Below are positions 13,632-28,324 of a DNA stretch of 40,754 bases, one piece after another. Source of the stretch: Ministeria vibrans ATCC 50519 (taxonomy: Eukaryota > Protista > Filasterea). Location of the stretch: the NCBI GenBank assembly GCA_943704425.1, contig CALSCP010001728.1, positions 1 through 40,754 on the forward strand, in the 5' to 3' direction. The notes under the pieces were generated by a model that worked only from the letters and a program-made list of their open reading frames with translations, ran no database searches and had not been told where the DNA came from. How positions within the stretch are numbered: the first letter of the stretch is position 1; every line of letters begins with the position of its first letter. The translations under genes were made by a program, and so were the position numbers.

Positions 13632-16600
13632 TTATTGTCTCTTTGAGAGGCCCAAAAGGAGACCGGCAACGTCATCATCAGCATCGGCAATTGGGGGAGG
13701 GGGAGGAGGAGGGGCAGTGGGAGTGGTGGAGGTTGGAAGGGAAGGAGGGAGGCGGTGGTGGTGATGGTGGGGAGATGGTGTGCCTTGGTAGGAAGGGGTA
13801 AACATGTACATAGGTTGAGGTTGAGGTTGAGGTTGGGGTTGAGGTTGAGGTTGAGTCGGTGGTGGGGGGGCATAAAATGGAGGCTGCTTGGGAGCCCATT
13901 GAGATGGGGGCTGTTGCAAATGCCTTTGAGCTGGTTGTGGTAGCGGTTGTTGATGTGGTTGATGATGATGATGATGTTGTTGTTGTTGTTGTTGTGGTTG
14001 CTGGAGGGGCTGTGCAGGGAATTGCATGTGTGGTGGCAGTTGTAGAGCCAGCTGGTGTTGCTTCTGGAGGGCGAGTTCTTGCTGTTGCTGCTCCATGGCA
14101 CTGCGTCGACGAGCGGCGGCTGCAGCGGCCAGTTTGCGTTTACTGGGGTCAAAGGAGCGCGAACCACCGCAGGTGGTACGGTGGTACGCAATGATGGATG
14201 AGGAGAGACCATCAAGGAAGGCACGTGAGGCGGCATTGGCAACGTCACTGGTGAACAGGTAGCGACGGCGACCATGCACCTTGATCGCCATGGGATTGAA
14301 GGTGGCGGGGGAGGACGAACGCGATGAGGTGGACTTGGCCGCTGCAGGAGGAGTGCCCTGGGCTGCCGCTGTGGTCGCCGCACTGGACAACGGAGTGCCT
14401 GGCGCACTCTGCATCTTCTTGCCAGGCCCTCCTCCTCCTCCACGTTTGACGCTCTTTTGTGCCTCACTCTCACGGTACACTTTGCGTACACGACGCGCAC
14501 TGCGATCCAAGACTAACTCCACATCATGATCAAACACACCCAAAGGCGGCTCCGCATCCTCCTCATCACCACCACTAGAATCATTACGCTCAATAGGAAC
14601 ACCATAAGCACGCGACTCCCCTTCCCCTTCCTCCTCCGACTCCTCTGTGTCATCTACGGGCTCATTCAATGCTCGTTTTCGCGCCCGTTCCTCTGCCAGC
14701 TGAGCCTTGACCACCGCCTTCATCTCTCGCTCTTCTTGCTGCCGAATTCTTCTCTCGCGCTCCAGCTCTCGCTCACGCAGTCGCTGTTCGCGCTCCAGCA
14801 TTTCCATTTGCTTGCGTTCCTCTTCTTCTTCACGTTGTTTCAGTCGTCGCAGTCGTTCCAATCGTTGTTCCTCACTTCGCCTAAATAAAACCGAAGCAAA
14901 AATATTAATAAGAGAGAGAGAGAGTTTGAGAGAGAGAAAAGAGGGAGAAAGAAACAAAGTGATAGAGAGAGAAAGGAGGGAGAAAGAAACAAAGTGATAG
15001 AGAGAGTGTGTGTGATTTGAAAAATACCGTTCTTCGTCGCGTTTCTGGTGCAAATCTGATGATTTTGCGCGCTTCGCACGAGCCTCTTCCTCGCGCAACC
15101 GAGCAGCACGCTCTTCCTCGAGTCGTTTACTCTCCAGAATGGTAATGCGCGAGCTACTGCGACGCGAATGGACATCGTACGCACTGCGACGCGATTGTTC
15201 TCGGGCGAGATGCTCTAGTCGTTCACGCACACTCCCAAACACACCTGATTCACCAGCTCCAGCACCACCGGCAACAGTCGTACTTCCACTTGATGACGAT
15301 GACCCTGCGCTGCCACCTTCAGTCAGCACTCGCAGAAGATCATACTCTGCCCGATTGTCCGTTTTCTATTCAAAAACAAAGGAATCAGTCAAAACTTTCG
15401 GTGCAGAGTTGTACGAAAAGGCCTACCTTGAGAGACTGAATGAGCCAGTTCCAATCTACAAGGGATACACAAAGGGTCTCCCACACGCGACCTTCGCTCT
15501 CCTCCTCATCATCGCCCATCTCACTCTTCTCATCGCGTTCACTTCCACTCTCTCTAACCCCTGCCCCTTCTTTTCCTTCTCCTTCCTCCTCTTCCGTTCC
15601 TTCCCCCTTCTCTGCTCGCGATGCCACCACCGCCCCATCTCCCTCACGCTCCCGATGGATTCGCGTGTCTCCAAAGTGCCAGTACACCCATCCTTGTGCA
15701 TCCTCGCCCAGTCGGCGTGCTCGCATGCGGTCCACTTGAATGTGCTCGTTCGCCCACTCAATCGTACGGTTTGAACAATCGCTCTAACACACACACACAC
15801 ACACACACACAAAAAAAAAAAAAAAAGTTAGTGGAGTGCCTAGGTGTTGTTATGTGCGAACTTGGTAGAAACAGGCGTCACAAAGCCACTGCAGAATTGA
15901 AATGCGCTGCTGGACACTCACTTCTGCGTAACTGTGGCACTCTTCAAGCGGATTGCTCGGTTGTGAGCGAAGCCACTAAGTTACACGCATATGAGAGAAA
16001 GAGAGAGAAAAAGAAAGAGAGAGGAGAGAGAACAAATAGAGAGAGAACAAATAGAGAACAAATAGAGAGAGAGAGAGAGAGAACAAATAGTAGAACACAA
16101 AGTGATGGACGATTACAACCAATCCATTTTCATTAATTCGCTGATACCTGTTCGAGTTGCGTTTCCCATGAAGTAATAAAAATGTCAGTTCGGCGGAGCA
16201 CAATACTCAACAGTCGCACATGACACTGAGCCAACAACACTGCCTCCTACAGAGAAAGATAGAAGGAAGAAATAGACAAAATAATAGAGAGAGGTGCAAA
16301 ACACGAAGAAAGTGAGTAATGAATTTGAATTTTGTGTTTCTCACAAACGCAGTAATCATACCTTGAGAACATCATGCGCTAGAAGCATTTCCTCGAGCAG
16401 TCCAATGGAAATGGGACTCTTGAGACCCAGATAGGACTCAAAGGAGCTAAGGAAGTGTGCCACATAGGGCAACTGCCACATTCGCCGCAGTGTCTCCACT
16501 AGCTCAGGTGGATCTACGCCAACATTCAGAACACATATCACACATACACGCAAATAGTGATGATTACTTTGATATTCTTCTTCTGAGGAGTCCGTCTGGT

Positions 16601-17137
16601 TCTCCGTGAGTCTGTGCTGGTTTCGTGCGTCGCACGTGAGGTCTGCGCCTGAGCCGCGCACTGTCACGCCACGCGGGTACGTCACGGCGTTCTTGATTGA
16701 TTTGCTACTGGTGGTGCTTTTTGTGGTTGATTTTCCAGCAGCAGTGGTTGAGCTGTTCTTGGAGCGCTTCTGTGGCGGTTTCTTCAGGGTGGGTCGAGCG
16801 CGTTTCTTTGTCTTCTTCGTCGTCTTGCGTTCATCTTCGTCCTCCTCATCACTACTGCTGCTCCCATCACTCTCATCATCATCGTCGTCGTCGTCGGCGT
16901 CATCGGCGTCATCGTCGTCGCCATCACTGCCGTCGGAGCCACTGGACGCAGCTGCTGCTTCCTTGTGCGCCCCTGACTGGCTGCGCTTGCCCGTCGTCTT
17001 CTTAGCTGCTGCCGTTGCGCCGCCCTTCTTCTTCGTGGCCGCCGCCTTAGGTGCACTCGTAGACACAAGCTTCTGAGAGACCCATTCGTCAAAGCTAGCG
17101 AGGAGGATCGCAAGCAGTCAGTCGCATTTTGTGATCA

Positions 17138-17171
<34 letters not shown>

Positions 17172-17410
17172 GTTTGGTGCACTGGAGCAAAAACATACCG
17201 ACTCTTCCAGCCGTTGTAGTGGATGAAGAGGGTGCCCGGATCGCCGGGGGGGTCGGTATCGTCGTCGGACTCGTCGCTGCTGTTGGGCTGGGCGCCGATA
17301 CGGAGCACCTTGGCGGCGTACGGCCGTTGCGACGCGGCGTAGAGCACCCAGACGGTGTCGCCGACGCAGATGCCTCCTACAGCACACAGCGGCGGCGGGG
17401 TGAGTCGCAT
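13632..17410 (-). CDS. Chromatin protein: Tudor-knot/chromobarrel + DDT-like + WHIM1 + WSD (RSF1/CECR2-like ISWI partner), then coiled coil and Q/P-rich tail
   Basis: Spliced: ICVGDTVWV...YAAKVLRI...LFIHYNGWKSRFDEWV (Tudor-knot), acidic/basic linker, LRRMWQLPYVAHFLSSFESYLGL..ISIGLLEEMLL (DDT-like), YAEVSVQQRISILQWLCD (WHIM1-like), LGEDAQGWVYWHFGDTRIHRE...WETLCVSLVDWNWLIQSL (WHIM2/3-like). TAA at 13632-13634. Start uncertain (gccgccATG at 17410, or ATG near 17486). Confidence 0.72.
14910..15006 (+). repeat. Dispersed GA-rich minisatellite, copies in an intron of the DDT gene
   Basis: Two copies of GGGAGAAAGAAACAAAGTGATAGAGAGAG. Confidence 0.8.
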
Positions 17411-17950
17411 GGCGGCCCGATGCGTGCCCGGGCGCCCATGAGGGGGTCGCATGCGCAATGGGGAAGACTGCGCAGCGTCGCTTCCATTTTTCACTTTTTG
17501 CACGAAGCAACATTGGACGAAAAAGACACGTAGACGAGCCATCGGCGCGGTATTGCGACGCGGAGGGAGCTGTGCGTGACCATTGGCACAGATTGAGACC
17601 ACAAGGGAGACTCTGGCCCCTTCTGGTGGTCAGGCGAGCGGAGTAGTTTGGGATGCAATCGCGTCGTACCGCTTCGACCCCGAGACGACATCAACGACCA
17701 AGTATGGGTAGCGGGGACAGTCCACTCAGTAAAGTGGCGTTGAAAGACTGATAAATATGAAGATTGAACAAGTCAACAAGTTTTAAGTATTTTAACCTCA
17801 GTTACTCAAACGATTACATTCTTCCAAAGTTGAAACTTGAAAGTTGAAAGTTCACATAAGCATTTTTTTTTGCATCTTGTGCTGCGTGTCTGCTGCACAT
17901 ACAGATAGACTTGAAGAGATCACCCGCTTGGACGCTATAACTGCCTGGGA

Positions 17951-19524
17951 ATGCGCGAGGTGTGCGCAGAACACTCTTTCACTTGCCACTCACTGCACTG
18001 CGCCGTAGAGTTCAGCATCACCGCCGCCCGCGGCAGCAGAGTCTACCGCCATCAAGGTTGCCATTGTTGGCGGTGGCGGGTTTCTTGGCCGTCGAATGGC
18101 CGGTAATAATCTCAACGCGAACTTGCTTCGCTTCTGACCCTTGTTGTGCGCATGTAGCGGAGCTGGCGTCTCTTGGCAACCTCGTCACGGTCATTGATCT
18201 CAACGAGCTTGCCCTGGCCGAGGCGACCGCCTCCATTCGTGGCGATCTTCTCGCAAACGCACGACAGGGCACACTCGCCATTGGCGACGTTGAGGTACGG
18301 CAGTGCGTCCTCTGCTGCGCTCTTCCCGCCCCAGCAGCATCGCCGCCGCCACCACCACCACCACCACCATCACCATTGCCGCCGCTAGCAGTAGCAGCAC
18401 ACACGCACACGCAAACGCACGCCTTCCCACTCGTCTTCCCTGTCTTAATTGGGGAAAATGGAATTGTCATTAATTGTTTGTCTCGAACCATTTCGCTTCT
18501 TGCGAGACTGCCGCCCTTCCGCAGTCTCTACCACACGACCTGTATCACACATGGCAACGCAGCCGTCTTGTTTTTGCGGGTTTCACGTCGCCCTATACTC
18601 ATTTAGAGCCCGTCGACCTTATCTGTGCGGTGCATTCTCGTAGACCACCATGGACCGCATTACGTTCACGTCGAACACGGAAAGCGGTGTGAGCGACAGC
18701 GACATTGTATTTGAAGCCGTCCCGGAAGACGTACAGATCAAATCCAGAGTGATTCGCAGTAAGTTCGCTTATTGTTTACTGTTTATTTGCGCTCACTCTG
18801 TTCGCCGAGTGAAGGTGTTTCGGCGGCCTGTCCCGAGACATGTATTGTAGCAAGCTCCACACTGTCGATTAACATCGACTTGTTGGCTCCCGCGTGCACC
18901 AAACCAGAAGTAAATAGCGACAAAGGGAAAGCGAGATCTGATCTTTTGATTCGGTTTTCAGCGTTTTCTTGGCATTCGCTTTCTCTGGCCCATTTTCCTC
19001 ATTGATCAAGTTGAAATGACTCTTTCTCTCCAGACGCTTATTCCTTATGTGCGACGAGGTATGAACACATTATCACACAAGACCAAAATAAGAAAAGTTA
19101 TGTTCACTTATCATTTTTCTTATTTTAATCATTATTATTGTTTTTTCTCTTATTGTTATGATTATCATTTTTAGCGAAATCGATATTGCGACTGTGGAAC
19201 AAGAGGCCGTTTTACAAGACGCACGACGATGTGGTGGGAGTGCGGCTGACGGAGGAGGAAGGACAGCGACAGCAGCAGAGTCGACTGATGGCGCTGTACA
19301 CGGCACAAGAGCGCACGATGGGTGAGGAAGATGGCGAAGGGCCAGGCGAGAATACGTGCCTGATTTGCCTGGCGTCCCAGCGCGACATTCAGTTCGCGCC
19401 TTGTGGCCATGTCACCTGCTGTGAGCCCTGCGCGCGCACACTCATTGCCACTGAGCCCCAGGGCGCAAAGTGTCTTGTCTGTCGCACTCCCGTTACCAGC
19501 CTTGTTCCCGTCATTCTCATGTGA
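17951..19524 (+). CDS. 3-hydroxyacyl-CoA dehydrogenase-like NAD-binding domain fused to a C-terminal C3HC4 RING finger
   Basis: Exons 17951-17959, 18009-18102, 18158-18294, 18644-18758, 18815-18909, 18962-19058, 19175-19524 join in frame. Motifs: KVAIVGGGGFLGRRMA, VTVIDLN, SDSDIVFEAVPEDVQIK, IVASSTLSI, PERFLGIRFLWP, then CLIC...FAPCGHVTCCEPC...KCLVCRTPV. Confidence 0.85.
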
Positions 19525-19622
19525 TCTGCTCTATTGTTGTGTTCGTTTCCCTCTTCATATGTATAATTATTAATGGATATGGAACACATACATAAGTACA
19601 CTTTTTCTGCTAATTCTGGTGA

Positions 19623-20101
19623 TCATTGGGTCGCTGCTGCTGCTGCTGCTTCCTCTTCTTGTCTTTGGCGGCGATGTGCTTCACTGGCAGCAGCCGCTGC
19701 GCCCCAAGAGCCGTCTTCAATCCAGAGGCGCTTGAGGGCCTCTGTCGCAGCCGCAAGCGTTGCCTTGGAGCGCATTGGGCCGGAGCGCATGTCCTCGAGT
19801 CGCTTCAGCTCGGCGTATGCACCCTGCACCGGCAACACGGGAGCAGGGGTGCGTAAGAGAGAGAGCGAGAGTCAGCGGGAGGGCGAGGGCGGGTGGTCAT
19901 CCGACGCGGAGGGCATGACACAACACGCGAGAGGTGCACGCGAGCCGGATCGCACGGCACTGCACACGGCGCGCGCGCGCGACTCCTTACCTCGACTTCC
20001 CGTGGCGTGGGCGCTTGGCGCGGCGCCCCATACGACGTGCGGCGATACTCCTTGCATTGGTACTTCCAGACGGCGCTCCGTTCCAGCCCGTCCGTCTCCA
20101 T
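19623..20101 (-). CDS. Small two-exon hypothetical protein (~100 aa)
   Basis: ATG at 20101; exon 1 METDGLERSAVWKYQCKEYRRTSYGAPRQAPTPREVE ends at a GTAAGG donor. A TGCAG acceptor at ~19824 gives in-frame GAYAELKRLEDMRSG...AAATQ*. No family recognised. Confidence 0.55.
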
Positions 20102-20541
20102 CCCCTTTGGCTCTGTGCGGTGCGGAGGTCACAGCGCCGACAAAATCACGCTGACAAACGACAAATGACAGCAGTCAATTGGCAAATGGCAAAGGACAAG
20201 TCAGTTTGCGAACTGAAAGGTGAAGGAAGGAATAAATATGAAATCATAAGTTGTCTCGACAGTCGATACACATTACAACACATTGAATTCTTCGAATAAT
20301 CTTCAAACGCTTGCTGTGTATTTGTGGATCTATGTTCTATGGGCCGACTACTAACCGTCACTACTCAATACTCGCTAAGGCCTGGGGACAACGACGGCTT
20401 TTCACGGCGATATCTTTATTGTCTTAATGTCTATTCATACGACATCAGCTTTTGAACCTTCTCTCTAAAATTTTCTTATCTTCACTCTTCAGTCTTCACA
20501 TCTTAGAATTAGATTATTTGTACCAACTGACAGGCCCACCC

Positions 20542-26209
<5,668 letters not shown>

Positions 26210-26313
26210 GCAAAAAGTGTGTAAGAGGAGAGAGAAGAATACAACAACCATGATGAATTATTATAACAATAATAATAATAATAATAATAATTAATTTTCT
26301 TTTTTACAAATCG

Positions 26314-26989
26314 TTACATTGGCTGTACATGACGATTGTACTCTGCCACAGCCTGTTCGTTGAATTCGTCGTCGACGAACCTGAGCGAGCGTGGCGCCTC
26401 GTGATTTTCAACGCGGTCCTTGTCGCGTGTGGGCATATTGACACCGTCTGCTTCGAAGAGACGCCAAAAGTTTGTGGTGCGCACTGCAATGGCATACGCT
26501 GTGTCGCCGGCATCGTTGAGGGCGTGGCGCTGGACACCGGGCCAGTCGAGGAGAACCTCCGTCGTGAGGCGTGCGCGATGTTCCGCCGCAATGTGTAAGG
26601 GCGTCTGGCGCGAACTTGTGAGGGCATTTGCATCGGCGCCCGCCTGAAGAAGCAGGCTCAGCGTCGCAGGGAAGTTCCAGCGTGCCGCACAGTGCAGCGG
26701 AGTCCATCCTTCGGTGGTCGTAGCCGTAGGATTGGCGCCAGCCTGTGCAGAACGCAGAGAAAAGGATCGGAGTGTGTTGGACGGAAACGCACTGACTTAC
26801 CCTCAGCAGCGTAAGGCACATTTCGGTGTGGCCGCCGTAGGCAGCGCGATGCAGTGCAGTGTAGCCGTCGGCATCGGCAGCGCGCACAAGACGGGCGGCC
26901 CGCTGCGACGCAAGGGCGCCCGCAACCCATTCCAGGTGGTTTCCTTGCGCGGCCCGCAGGAAGTGGAAGGATCCCGGCTCGAGCGCCAT
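26314..26989 (-). CDS. Small ankyrin-repeat protein (ANKRD49-like)
   Basis: Two exons: FLRAAQGNHLE..DADGYTALHRAAYGGHTEMCLTLLR / AGANPTATTTEGWTPLHCAARWN...GADANALTSSRQTPLHIAA...NDAGDTAYAIA. TAA at 26314-26316. Confidence 0.85.
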
Positions 26990-27383
26990 GGGAGCATGGA
27001 CTGGCAATAGAAGTAGCCAGTAGGTAAATTAGAATTATTATTGAATTCGAGGAGTAATGAAAATTCAGTTAGTCAATGAATAATGTGTAGTTCAAAAAAA
27101 TTCACTGATGATTTTGATGAGTGACTGAATGCAAATAGAAAATAGGTTGCTTCTCTTTTTGTTCTGTCTTGCTTTGACATTAAGTACAACTCTCTATCTT
27201 ATCCTTCTTTTCTTACTAATAATAATAATATTAGTAGTATGATTGGAATTCACTCACTCACACTGGGTCTTGTGATAAAAGTGATTTTCGTTTGACGCTC
27301 AAAAGTATTCATCACGCCATGTTAATCATTAAGTAATCACAAGAATCTAGTATATGTACAATCGAGTGCAAAACACAATCAAG

Positions 27384-28239
27384 CTAAGGCGCATAGGAGC
27401 GAAAGCGGCCGAGTGGGGACGAGATGGAGACGGCGGGCGAGAAGCGAGCGGGCGACAGGATCTTCTTGGTGGGCGACGAGGCGGGACTCGAGGCAGAGGG
27501 GGTGGAGGGAGAAGGGGAGGACGGGGAGGGAGGGCATGAGGCGTGTGCAGGGATGAGTAGCGGTGGGGTCTGTGTGGCACACTCGCGGGTTGCAGGAGTC
27601 GCGTTGGTCTCGCTGGCGGCGATGGACGCTTGGGGAGTGCGTCTACTTTGCCAGTGGAGAGACTGAGAGATAAAAAAAACGTGTGAGTGTTGAAAACACA
27701 ACAATATTTAAGGACACAATGAAGTCTTCTTGAAAAGACGCGAAACGGACAGCAACACAAAGAGACACATTAACTGCAGACACACACACACACACACATA
27801 AATACTCATTATAATAACATAAGACATAAGTTATTCAAGTGAACTTGCACCACCGTTGTTATTCAACTGACCTGTACGACGTCTTCAGAGACGTTGCAAA
27901 ACTGCTTGAAGGGAATGGAAAGGCCCGACAGGCGCCATTGGTCGTAGTGGGCGCGCCGTCGCGGGTCGCCCAGCACCCCGTACGCCGTCTGCAGTGCGGT
28001 GAAGCCGTCGTCGTGCGCCGCTGCTGCCGTCCCCTGCCCGTCGGGATGCACGCCTTTCACTCGCTTGAGGTATTCTGCTCTTATTTGCTCGGGTGTGCTG
28101 CAGAGGGAGAGGAGATGAGAGAAGAGTGTGAGGAGGGTTGTTTTCCTTGTCAATTTTACCTTTCGGGTGCGCACCCAAGCGTGTCGTACAAAGCAGTCTT
28201 TGACTCAACCTCTCCGTACAAGATTGTATCAATGTTCAT
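27384..28239 (-). CDS. DNAJC12: J-domain protein, DNAJC12/JDP1-like
   Basis: Three exons: MNIDTILYGE..LYDTLGCAPE / STPEQIRAEY..VHPD..YDQWRLSGLSIPFKQF / SLHW...GRFRSYAP*. The HPD motif, YDxWRxSxxSxPFxQ, SxHW and C-terminal FRxY features match DNAJC12. Confidence 0.82.
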
Positions 28240-28324
28240 TATAAAAATTAATGACAATTTCCGATCGTTGAACTCAACATTCGATTGTTTTTCACTATTT
28301 TGGAAAAAGTCAAAAAAATTTGTC

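Noticed and set aside
17520-17760. GC-rich intergenic segment as a possible structured ncRNA
   Set aside because: No recognisable tRNA, snRNA, SRP or RNase P motifs; it is adequately explained as the divergent promoter/5' UTR region. An Rfam scan would settle it.
19623-20101. Superficial similarity of the small protein (PTPREV..AY..LK) to ATP synthase subunit g
   Set aside because: No C-terminal TM helix or GExxG motif.
27100-27135. TGATGA...CTGA box C/D snoRNA-like motifs
   Set aside because: The boxes are too close together, with no convincing terminal stem or guide; AT-rich intergenic chance match.
27839-28324. N-terminal extension of the 970-aa helicase ORF
   Set aside because: It starts at GTG and is antisense to the DNAJC12 exons; the plausible start is the ATG at 28325.
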